Source: a virus
Reading direction: 5' to 3' (one strand)
DNA: 23,389 nucleotides
IMG/VR virus record: IMGVR_UViG_3300037307_000339
Part shown: positions 1 through 7,294 of the stretch, in pieces
Layout: each line of letters starts with the position of its first letter
How positions within the stretch are numbered: the stretch's first letter is position 1
The notes under the pieces: model-generated
Told to the model about the DNA's origin: nothing
Databases searched by the model: none
What the model saw: the letters and a program-made list of their open reading frames with translations, nothing else
Translations under genes and position numbers: made by a program

Positions 1-106
1 TTCTGAATGGTGTCGTCCTTGAAACGTTCCTGGCATTCCTTTGAACCAAGGAGAAGGTGTCCCTTTCATTCCTTTGTTCCAAGGTGTTGATCCTTTCTTT
101 GCCATC

Positions 107-562
107 CTAATTCATGTCATTGTGAGATTCTGGTAAAAACGTTGGTGGCTCAAAATGCCATGGATTCTGACACGTTCTATAGGATGAGTCTCTCCAGTCA
201 TCCCATTGCCACCACCATAGTCCTATCACCGCAGGAATGGCAGCAGGACCACTGCCCAGTATGACACCCACATTCCAAAGTGCGGCGCTATAACCTATTC
301 CAGTCAATGCCCATAGCCCATTCGTGCAATACGGGTCAGGTAAGAACTTAACAGCTTGTGTCACGCCCAACTTAACCGCGAACATCTCAGGTATCGTTAG
401 GTGTGCCATAAGTGGATTGCCTTCACTGAACCCTTGCTGGAATGCCGCGTAGGTACTCAACACATCAGCACTTTGCCCTCTATCTGCTGTCGCACATCCT
501 GCTACAATTGCGGCGGCTAACAGTGCAGCGACAATCGATTTGTATCTTTTCTGTTGAATCAT
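107..562 (-). CDS. putative lipoprotein, unknown function
   Basis: 151-aa ORF. N-terminus MIQQKRYKSIVAALLAAAIVAGCA is a lipoprotein signal peptide with a lipobox (VAGC). Confidence 0.75.
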   Translation of the reverse strand: MIQQKRYKSIVAALLAAAIVAGCATADRGQSADVLSTYAAFQQGFSEGNPLMAHLTIPEMFAVKLGVTQAVKFLPDPYCTNGLWALTGIGYSAALWNVGVILGSGPAAIPAVIGLWWWQWDDWRDSSYRTCQNPWHFEPPTFLPESHNDMN

Positions 563-585
563 ATTTCCTCACAAAATGAGTTATG

Positions 586-915
586 TTATTTTGGACCGTG
601 CTTAACTTGCTCTTCAGGTGTACCTGGACGATCTTGGATTTCAGACTTATTAAAACCCGTATAGACAGGTTTGATTGTTGTCACTCTAACCCTCTTTTTA
701 GGGTTGACATGGGTGATAATATGAGCGCCGTTGCCATCGGTATCATGGCTAACGATGGTGTGTCCATTAGACTTTAGTACATTCTTATAGACAATAGCCA
801 TTTCGGTTGGAGTGCGGCGATGGTTTGAGGTGTAATTTGCTTCTGTTAGCATTTCCTCAGGATAATCATATGTTACAGTAGAAGTTTCTACGAGATACTC
901 GTCAAATGTTTTCAT
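586..915 (-). CDS. hypothetical protein with MKTFDEYLVE N-terminus
   Basis: 109-aa ORF on the main coding strand. GAGGAAAC lies just upstream of the ATG. Confidence 0.75.
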   Translation of the reverse strand: MKTFDEYLVETSTVTYDYPEEMLTEANYTSNHRRTPTEMAIVYKNVLKSNGHTIVSHDTDGNGAHIITHVNPKKRVRVTTIKPVYTGFNKSEIQDRPGTPEEQVKHGPK

Positions 916-958
916 TGGTTGTTTCCTCTATGCGGTTGAAGGATTATTGGTTACTTAT

Positions 959-1330
959 TTAACGATTGACATAGAAGATGTGTCCACCAATCTTTGTTGT
1001 AACCCTTTTATTCTTGAAGTTAGTAGTGTTTCGACAATTCCTAGAATGGAAGTATGTTGCTCCACCTGTGATGTCTTTTGAAGAGAGTGCTCTTCGAGCT
1101 ACCTCTTGTGCCACTTTCCAACTTTTATCTTTATCGCTAGGTATCTTAAATTTGTGTCTAGTCCAACTGAACTGTCCTTGTTTGAATACTTCGGTGCAGA
1201 TATCACTATAGTTCTGCTTGACTCGGTTGAGTGTAACATGCGCAACAGCGTATTGACCTTGTAGTGGCTCTCCTCTTGCTTCGTAGTAGATATTGAGCGC
1301 AAGGCAGAATAGGGCAGATTTGATAAGCAT
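959..1330 (-). CDS. cell wall hydrolase, SleB/Hydrolase_2-like (putative endolysin)
   Basis: LALNIYYEARGEPLQGQYAVAHVTLNRV...FSWT...A...DITGGATYFHS...TTKIGGHIFY matches the SleB-type hydrolase pattern. Confidence 0.92.
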   Translation of the reverse strand: MLIKSALFCLALNIYYEARGEPLQGQYAVAHVTLNRVKQNYSDICTEVFKQGQFSWTRHKFKIPSDKDKSWKVAQEVARRALSSKDITGGATYFHSRNCRNTTNFKNKRVTTKIGGHIFYVNR

Positions 1331-1496
1331 GGGCTCCTCCTTTCCATAGGAGCAGCCTATCTTGTTTTGATGTAGTCATCGACCACTCCTATATTTTACT
1401 TTATCCGTTACAGGAGGTTAGAATACGGATTAGAGCAATTTTTAAGATGACACCTCTTTGCTTCAGCGGTAAGCAGTGAGATGAGCTTTATAAAAT

Positions 1497-1570
1497 TGGT
1501 GCCAATCAGAAGAATCGAACTTCTATTTGACATTTATCGGTCGTCTGTTCTACCGTTGAACTAGATTGGC
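1497..1570 (-). tRNA. tRNA-Ile(GAT)-like with C at position 33
   Basis: GCCAATC/GATTGGC acceptor, GTTC/GAAC D-stem, loop CCGATAA, AGAAG-TTCGATT-CTTCT T-arm, encoded CCA. Confidence 0.82.
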
Positions 1571-1751
1571 CATGTGTTCCTTAGTAATCTGATGCTTTAA
1601 CAATACGCACAACAAGACAGCATTTTGAGCTATAACTGATTGAGACTTTTGCGCACTCACTCATCATTGAGGTCGGTACTCTCCATAAGGTTCAAAGCGA
1701 GTTGCAAGATGAGACGGTCACGTTGTTTCTTAAATCTTTCAGATTTAGTGC

Positions 1752-1895
1752 TTATCGACCCTGACCCCTATACGGCTTCTTGATGCGTTTGTCATTCTTC
1801 GTCTTGTAGCGAGTATTCTTACTTGCGCCGTCACTTGTCTTCTTTGGAACGGATTCTTTCTTCACATTCGCAACTTGTGTTTTCGCTTTAGCCAT
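1752..1895 (-). CDS. small basic protein (47 aa), unknown function
   Basis: MAKAKTQVANVKKESVPKKTSDGASKNTRYKTKNDKRIKKPYRGQGR*, preceded by GAGGAG. Too short for the supplied ORF track. Confidence 0.7.
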   Translation of the reverse strand: MAKAKTQVANVKKESVPKKTSDGASKNTRYKTKNDKRIKKPYRGQGR

Positions 1896-2080
1896 CTCGT
1901 CTCCTCATTCAGGTTGTTAGTCTACAATCTTGCCCACTTTCTCAAGCGCGGAGGAATCGAACCCCTGACATCAACTTAAAATGATTGGGCACGGTGAAGT
2001 ATTTGCTAGGTTTCAGTGACCATCGCTTTCCATTCTCCGTTTACTATCCACACCCAACCGTCGGCATTCTTATTTATTAG

Positions 2081-2153
2081 TGAGATGTACTGGAATCGAA
2101 CCCGCAACCCCAACCCTGTCGAAGTTGCGCTCTACCAAGTAAGCTAACGACTT
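2081..2153 (-). tRNA. degenerate tRNA-Val(GAC)-like gene / possible tRNA pseudogene
   Basis: D-arm GCTT..GAGC, anticodon arm CAACT-TCGACAG-GGTTG and T-arm GCGGG-TTCGATT-CCAGT are recognisable. The acceptor stem (AAGTCGT/ACATCTC) has 3 mismatches and no CCA is encoded. Confidence 0.55.
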
Positions 2154-2257
2154 AAAACACTACTCGGTAGCACCGAGAAAAGTCGATAATCATCACTCAC
2201 CTGTTGTATAAGCGATGAAAGGAACGGGTATGACGGGGTTTGCTTACGTTGTGACCA

Positions 2258-2286
2258 CCGTATGATACACGATGAGAGGATGTCAA
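2258..2286 (-). promoter_or_regulatory. degenerate sigma70-like promoter with conserved GTCACAACGTAAGCAAAC leader
   Basis: TTGACA at 2286-2281 (minus strand), weak -10 around TCATACGG, followed by GGTCACAACGTAAGCAAAC as at other sites in the window. Confidence 0.5.
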
Positions 2287-2480
2287 GCCTTATTTTGGAA
2301 AATTTTACCTTCAGGTAGGGCGTATGCAAGCTCGCCATCGATTCTCAAGGGAGCATAATACTTATCGACTTTGGGGCTGGTGACATCGATTACAACAGGA
2401 ATCTTATATCCGTTGAACACGATATGGGGAATAAACCCCTCAGATGTCATCGTTCCATTTTTGCACGTGGTCTCACTCAT
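2283..2480 (-). CDS. hypothetical protein
   Basis: 65-aa ORF with AGAGG upstream. Confidence 0.65.
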   Translation of the reverse strand: MSETTCKNGTMTSEGFIPHIVFNGYKIPVVIDVTSPKVDKYYAPLRIDGELAYALPEGKIFQNKA

Positions 2481-2599
2481 TGTTATAACCTCTTTATAAA
2501 GTGGTGCCCATAAGCTAAAGGGGAAAAATGCAAAGTAGTCCTTGTGGATTCGATCTACTAGTCAATCCTATCGCCTGCCAAGGACTTCTTTGCGGTTGT

Positions 2600-2719
2600 C
2601 TATTGCGCTAATGCTTCTATAGCCTGCTCAACTGTTTTGAACACAAACTGAACGCCAGCTTGAGTGGCAATGACTTTGTTAGGCAGAATAGTGATAGTAA
2701 AGCCGTTGAAACGGAACAT
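2600..2719 (-). CDS. small hypothetical protein (39 aa)
   Basis: MFRFNGFTITILPNKVIATQAGVQFVFKTVEQAIEALAQ* preceded by a strong AGGAGGTG SD. Absent from the supplied ORF track. Confidence 0.7.
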   Translation of the reverse strand: MFRFNGFTITILPNKVIATQAGVQFVFKTVEQAIEALAQ

Positions 2720-2733
2720 AAGCACCTCCTGGT

Positions 2734-3030
2734 CTACAATGAAGTAAAGAGACCCGTATAAAGTGTGAACATATCTTGCAGTTGCTCGACATAGACTCCC
2801 GTCACCCTAGTTGCAGTCTGCGGAAGCTGTCTGACCATTTTGACAAAATCGATACTATAGGTGTCGTTCTCGTCAAGGGTTACTCGCACCCACCGGATGC
2901 CCTTAGCGTTGCGCGGCAATGTCATTGACAGTGAGGTTGGATCATAGCTAATGTTTTTGGCTCCCGTCATTACAAGGAACCGATTACCACCGAGTTGGGC
3001 TAAGATGGTCGCCGCACACTTAGAAATCAT
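2734..3030 (-). CDS. hypothetical protein, paralog of 5219..5503
   Basis: 98-aa ORF (NRFLVMTGAKNISYDPTSLSMTLPRN...RVTLDENDTYSIDFVK), resembles small proteins common in tailed phages. Promoter lies just upstream. Confidence 0.8.
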   Translation of the reverse strand: MISKCAATILAQLGGNRFLVMTGAKNISYDPTSLSMTLPRNAKGIRWVRVTLDENDTYSIDFVKMVRQLPQTATRVTGVYVEQLQDMFTLYTGLFTSL

Positions 3031-3064
3031 CTTGCTTGCTCCTGTTTACTAACTTTGTGACTAT

Positions 3065-3092
3065 AGTATAGCACACTTCGAGTGGATGTCAA
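3065..3092 (-). promoter_or_regulatory. sigma70-like promoter
   Basis: Minus strand TTGACA-16-TATACT, A-rich tract upstream, ATAGTCACAAAGTTAGTAAAC downstream. Confidence 0.85.
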
Positions 3093-3123
3093 GCTTTTTT
3101 TTGAACTGGCCCAAAAAATATTT

Positions 3124-3381
3124 TCACAACGCTGTGACATTCTTGTCCAAAAAATAATATCGGTCGTTGTATTCGTTTTTGAGTACGAACTTTTTTACAA
3201 GTCCCTGCATTGCTTTCGCAAAAGCAATCTCCGTCATCAGTGGAACATTATCTAACCTTTGCTGGTTAATCACTTTGCTGTACAGCCAGTAAAAATTGAA
3301 AGGAAGGTGCGGATCAGGCAACTCTTCCTTGTTTTTTAGATGCTGATATATAGTGTACTCATTGATTGAGAAACTTAGCAT
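3124..3381 (-). CDS. hypothetical protein
   Basis: 85-aa ORF on the main coding strand. Confidence 0.6.
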   Translation of the reverse strand: MLSFSINEYTIYQHLKNKEELPDPHLPFNFYWLYSKVINQQRLDNVPLMTEIAFAKAMQGLVKKFVLKNEYNDRYYFLDKNVTAL

Positions 3382-3393
3382 AGCATTAGTCTT

Positions 3394-4452
3394 TTACTCT
3401 GCCGCCCCCTTGAGAGAGGAAATCACAGGAGTGCTTTCAGGCTTAATCCTGTGCCTTAAGAATGTCGTAACCGTACCCGTCATAGGATGCTTGTGTTGGA
3501 ACTCGATAGAATTGTTGCCCGACTTCTTTACAGTGATATTCTGGTGGTCATTAAGGATATGGTCGTGATGAGTCTCTGGGTGCTCTATTGTGACAGAGTT
3601 GTTGTTTCCAGTACCGCCAGTGGTAACCTTGTACATCGGTGTCTTGGTTGGTGTGGCACGTAATAGATTCTTGCGAATATGGTCACTGAGTGCTTTGCTG
3701 TCCATACCTTGCAGTTTTTCATACCACTCGTCTCTGATCTTGCCAATCGCTTTAACGCTTATCTCTTCAGCAGATTTCCTAATCATCTCATTTTTAGGAT
3801 GCTTGATGATTGTATTTTGTTCAGATCGTGTCTTTCCTTTAAGTTCTGAGTGTCTGTTCTCTAACTCTTTGCGGGCATTCTCGTAATGGTCTTCGTGAGT
3901 AGCGTCGTCTCCACTACGTTTGATTCCCAATTGCTCATCCGTTTGTTTGGCACCAGGATTACTGACAGAAACATGACCATGCTTCTTCTGTGCGACTTTC
4001 AACGAATAGCCAACATGCTTGTTATTGCCTGCCTTGTCTTTGTAGCGAACCATGATATCAGCGGGGTTCTCTTGCTGTGACTCTTCGTGACCCGATACTC
4101 TTTTGATGTCACCAGGTTTAGAGGTCCAATGAGTTTGCCCACCCGTCTTAAGATGCTCTCTGTCTACATCGTTCTGACTGGATACATGACGATGAATGGC
4201 TTGTGCTGTTGCAACGGCAAGATTGTGAGCATTGTGATATTCAGGTGAATTGACCCCTCCAATCTTCTCTACAATCTTGTCGTGTTGCTCTTTGGCTGCG
4301 GGAGACATATGGTGACCGTGCTCGCTGTTATGACTCCAAAGCCTATTCAGCTCACGTCCTACGAGATGCTCGTGGATCACGCCTTTATCGTTAGATGAAA
4401 GCCTGCTTTCTTTGTCATCCTCATTTAAAATGAAATTTTTGAATGATATCAT
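3394..4452 (-). CDS. hypothetical phage protein with possible nuclease-like core
   Basis: 384-aa ORF in track. The internal start MISFKNFILNED at 4452 has a better SD (GAGGAC). Contains NPADIMVRY...HVGYSLK. Confidence 0.8.
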   Translation of the reverse strand: MISFKNFILNEDDKESRLSSNDKGVIHEHLVGRELNRLWSHNSEHGHHMSPAAKEQHDKIVEKIGGVNSPEYHNAHNLAVATAQAIHRHVSSQNDVDREHLKTGGQTHWTSKPGDIKRVSGHEESQQENPADIMVRYKDKAGNNKHVGYSLKVAQKKHGHVSVSNPGAKQTDEQLGIKRSGDDATHEDHYENARKELENRHSELKGKTRSEQNTIIKHPKNEMIRKSAEEISVKAIGKIRDEWYEKLQGMDSKALSDHIRKNLLRATPTKTPMYKVTTGGTGNNNSVTIEHPETHHDHILNDHQNITVKKSGNNSIEFQHKHPMTGTVTTFLRHRIKPESTPVISSLKGAAE

Positions 4453-4687
4453 TGAATTGTCCTCTACAAAATGGTGGTTTGTTATACTATTTATCCAATC
4501 GTAGACGGACATTCTCTTTGCAAAGTTATGTCTAGACCTATAGTCCATTCCACATTCCCTTCATCACGTTCGAGAAACGCTTTGAAGGTTTAGAGAGGCT
4601 TTTTGATGGATGTCTGACAAATTGATAAGTTGTTACGGGTTTTAAATTGCAGTCAAATGTAGACCTATCGAGCATTCAGACATGTTT

Positions 4688-4763
4688 TGGTGCCGCTAGG
4701 AGGAATCGAACCCCCGACCTTCTCATTACAAGTGAGCTGCTCTACCGTCTGAGCTATGGCGGC
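4688..4763 (-). tRNA. tRNA-Thr(TGT)
   Basis: Full cloverleaf, loop CTTGTAA, GTTCGATTC T-loop, encoded CCA. Confidence 0.95.
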
Positions 4764-4791
4764 AATAATCGGATATAGTATCGCATGAGAT

Positions 4792-4866
4792 TGGCATCCC
4801 AGGAAGGATTTGAACCCTCGTTGCATGGTTTTGGAGACCCGCATCGTACCGCTAGACTACTGAGAT
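4792..4866 (-). tRNA. tRNA-Trp(CCA)
   Basis: ATCTCAG/CTGGGAT acceptor, loop CTCCAAA, GAGGG-TTCAAAT-CCTTC T-arm, encoded CCA. Confidence 0.9.
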
Positions 4867-4872
4867 GTTGTT

Positions 4873-4950
4873 TGGCTGAGGGGGTGGGAATCGAACCCAC
4901 CTCTATCCTAATTAACAGTCAGGCGCACTCACCTTGAGTGCTACCCCTCA
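4873..4950 (-). tRNA. tRNA-Asn(GTT)
   Basis: TGAGGGG/CCCCTCA acceptor, CCTGA-CTGTTAA-TTAGG anticodon arm, GTGGG-TTCGATT-CCCAC T-arm, CCA. Confidence 0.93.
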
Positions 4951-4956
4951 ATAAAT

Positions 4957-5032
4957 TGGTCTCCATGGCAGGATTTGAACCTGCGTCCCCGCGCCCCAAA
5001 CGCGGTGCTAAACCAAGCTCAGCTACACAGAG
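4957..5032 (-). tRNA. tRNA-Pro(TGG)
   Basis: CTCTGTG/CATGGAG acceptor, CCGCG-TTTGGGG-CGCGG anticodon arm, GCAGG-TTCAAAT-CCTGC T-arm, CCA. Confidence 0.94.
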
Positions 5033-5040
5033 ATTGATAG

Positions 5041-5114
5041 GGTGCTTCCCTTAATTTCGATCCAAGCTCTGCGGATTTTCAGTCCGCTGCTTTTACCAAA
5101 TTAGCTTAAAAGGC
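5041..5114 (-). tRNA. tRNA-Phe(GAA), imperfect acceptor and non-canonical T-loop
   Basis: GCGGA-CTGAAAA-TCCGC anticodon arm, CTTGG-ATCGAAA-TTAAG T-arm. Boundaries approximate. Confidence 0.72.
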
Positions 5115-5124
5115 TCATCGTGGG

Positions 5125-5209
5125 TGGGTGCCCTAGGATTTGAACCTAGAGGGGACTGAGCCTACGGTTTTATAGACCGCCCCTGCTACTGTTACGAGAC
5201 TAGACACCC
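5125..5209 (-). tRNA. class II (long variable arm) tRNA with apparent anticodon ATA
   Basis: GGGTGTC/GGCACCC acceptor, GCGGT-CTATAAA-ACCGT anticodon arm, ~14-nt variable arm, CTAGG-TTCAAAT-CCTAG T-arm. 3' flank reads CCC. Confidence 0.72.
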
Positions 5210-5218
5210 AGGGTGTGT

Positions 5219-5503
5219 TTAAGTTAACATCAAAAACTTACCCGTTATGCTGTTCACTTTGGCTTCGAGATCGTTAGCAACAATGATGCTGCTAGGCTCG
5301 ATCTTGTGGTGACGAGTGCGCGTAAACTCTTCGACCTGGAAGTTACCATCGTCTGTAAGTATTATCCGAATCCTCACGATGCCATTTTGGTTTGGTTTCA
5401 TCAGCATTAGCATACTAGATTGTCCGTAAGCGATACTCTTAACGCCTGCCAAAAACTTTTCGCCGAGAAGAACTTTAGTAGTCGCGATTACGGTGTGCTT
5501 CAT
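5219..5503 (-). CDS. hypothetical protein, paralog of 2734..3030
   Basis: ATG at 5503 (MKHTVIATTKVLLG...) with SD GAGGAAAG. The longer track start overlaps the promoter -10. Confidence 0.8.
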   Translation of the reverse strand: MKHTVIATTKVLLGEKFLAGVKSIAYGQSSMLMLMKPNQNGIVRIRIILTDDGNFQVEEFTRTRHHKIEPSSIIVANDLEAKVNSITGKFLMLT

Positions 5504-5538
5504 ATTGCTTTCCTCATTGCTTGTTTTACTGTGCGCAT

Positions 5539-5567
5539 AGTATAACACACTTTTTGAAAGTATTTTG
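5539..5567 (-). promoter_or_regulatory. extended -10 promoter
   Basis: Minus strand TGTTATACTATGCGCACAG with weak -35. Same TATACTATGCGCA core as at 19353. Confidence 0.65.
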
Positions 5568-6001
5568 GGATCTAGGATGATGTCGCTGCGTCGTTTTTTA
5601 TTTGCAGCCCTTCTGTTGGTTGTAGGTTACGGTTATCCTACTCCACCTTTTCGTAGTGGACGCCAAGTGACTTGCGGCGATGCGAGTGACCTCGTCTCGT
5701 TTGTGTAGCCCGCAGGCTCCGCATCGTCGTCTAGGCTCTGCCGCTAACTTCGTCACTCTCTGTGGAGAGCAAGTCACTCCTTTGAAAACGCTTACGGTAT
5801 AGTCAGGAACAAGTTAGTGTTCGGGTGAACCCTACTAACCTATTATCTCGCCCTCTAGGGTGGTATCAGCACCCTTTAACGTCGGCGTTCAGTCCCGACG
5901 GGTTGCTATCGAGTAGCCACTATCTGTCCGTTAGTGGCATTAAACACAGCCACGTTGACTTTCATCTCAACATACAGGATTGCAGCGTTGTAACCTTTAA
6001 G
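5549..6001. other. structured intergenic region, candidate noncoding RNA
   Basis: No convincing ORF. Contains a 9-10 bp long-range inverted repeat (5666-5675/5769-5778) plus several nested and tandem hairpins. Confidence 0.45.
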
Positions 6002-6292
6002 TCAGTCGCTAAAGGGGATGCCGTACATATCTTCGAGGTCGTCAGACGTAAGCGGGTGCGGCACGCTAGGGTTAGCTGACCCCATCCCGCCCAAACCGTA
6101 CATAGGATAGTAGTCGTCCTCATCGGGTTCGGGCACTTGAACGGTGACCAAATCTGACTTCTTGAAGATGAATTCTTGTCTAGGCATTAGCGATGTTGCT
6201 CTGATCTCTGAATCCTTTCGCATCACCCTACCACCCCATTCAAAATCCTTTCCTGGCTCTACCTCTCTAAATGGTACTCGTTTTGATGCCAT
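6002..6292 (-). CDS. hypothetical protein
   Basis: 96-aa ORF, acidic C-terminus. Confidence 0.75.
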   Translation of the reverse strand: MASKRVPFREVEPGKDFEWGGRVMRKDSEIRATSLMPRQEFIFKKSDLVTVQVPEPDEDDYYPMYGLGGMGSANPSVPHPLTSDDLEDMYGIPFSD

Positions 6293-6302
6293 GCGTGTGT
6301 CC

Positions 6303-6533
6303 TCAGAATGCTCTACTGCTTGCTTGTGTGACGATACTGCCTATAAGACGATTCTTGAGCATCATAGTCGCTTCAAAAATCTCCTGACCAGTCTGACAAT
6401 AAACAGGACCTTCGGTTGCGTATACAGTTCCGTGGTTGCCAACCACACTAACCGTCACTGCGGTTCTCGGTACGATTTGATTAGACTCCTTGTCCCACAC
6501 TAACGATTTCTCAGCGTTGACTTGAATGCCCAT
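6303..6533 (-). CDS. hypothetical protein
   Basis: 76-aa ORF, closely spaced with neighbours. Confidence 0.7.
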   Translation of the reverse strand: MGIQVNAEKSLVWDKESNQIVPRTAVTVSVVGNHGTVYATEGPVYCQTGQEIFEATMMLKNRLIGSIVTQASSRAF

Positions 6534-6538
6534 GATAG

Positions 6539-6808
6539 TTACTCGCTTCTTGTGACATTATGGGTAAGCCCGCAGTGCGGGCAGGTTATAGTCATTTCCT
6601 GATGACTGTATTTTTTGATGATCTTGCGAACTGACTTTGCTTCTTTGAGAAGCTTCTTTATCATTTTTGTATTGCGCTCATGCTTAGGCTGAGACAGCAA
6701 CCTTTTGAGGTTTTTCTTGAGCCTAGTCAGTTTATCGCGTAACGGGGCGATCATCCCCGTTACTTTGATCTCCTCAAGTTCTTCGGCTATGGGAGTCTTA
6801 TCGGTCAT
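6539..6808 (-). CDS. small basic protein with CxxC
   Basis: Likely start MTDKTPIAEELEE at 6808, overlapping the upstream gene by 11 nt. C-terminal ITCPHCGLTHN. Confidence 0.65.
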   Translation of the reverse strand: MTDKTPIAEELEEIKVTGMIAPLRDKLTRLKKNLKRLLSQPKHERNTKMIKKLLKEAKSVRKIIKKYSHQEMTITCPHCGLTHNVTRSE

Positions 6809-7028
6809 ATTTTTGGATAACCTGCTGCATGAACCTGATAACATCCGCGCACGAAGTCTTTCCAGCCATATTGGTCTGAACGAAATCGATACACTCTGGA
6901 TATTTAGCCCTACCCTCACGCTTTACAGCCTGCTTGATGACATTAGAGGTCTTGGCGATGAGGTTATATACATCATCATGCTGTGTCATTGGAATCTCCG
7001 ATTGGACGAATGAAGCGTCTTGTTGCAC
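6798..7028 (-). CDS. hypothetical protein
   Basis: 76-aa ORF in an overlapping gene string. Confidence 0.65.
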   Translation of the reverse strand: MQQDASFVQSEIPMTQHDDVYNLIAKTSNVIKQAVKREGRAKYPECIDFVQTNMAGKTSCADVIRFMQQVIQKYDR

Positions 7029-7225
7029 TATTCACTGATACCCATTGCGTCTAACGCTGCTTTATACTCAACCTCAGTCTTGTAACGGATCATCACATTC
7101 GACCCATACAGAGTCTCTGTTCTGGCTTTAGCTTCTTTGACTGTGAGCTGTCCACAAGCGACATAATAGATCTTGCCAAGCTGCGGGTTCATGCGTTGCT
7201 TGATCCAATACGACTTTTTAGCCAT
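7028..7225 (-). CDS. hypothetical protein
   Basis: Likely ATG at 7225 (MAKKSYWIKQRMNPQLGKIYYVACG) with SD AGGTGA, downstream of the promoter at 7266-7294. Confidence 0.75.
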   Translation of the reverse strand: MAKKSYWIKQRMNPQLGKIYYVACGQLTVKEAKARTETLYGSNVMIRYKTEVEYKAALDAMGISE

Positions 7226-7265
7226 CTTCGTCACCTACTGTTGAGTTTGCTTACGTTGTGACCAT

Positions 7266-7294
7266 AGTATAGCAAGCCAAAAACTGGAAGTCAA
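7266..7294 (-). promoter_or_regulatory. sigma70-like promoter with conserved leader
   Basis: TTGACT-17-TATACT, A-rich upstream tract, then GTCACAACGTAAGCAAACTCAACAG. Confidence 0.85.

Noticed and set aside
5825-6079. Plus-strand 84-aa ORF
   Set aside because: Covers the tandem-hairpin region and overlaps a minus-strand gene. No SD or recognisable domain.
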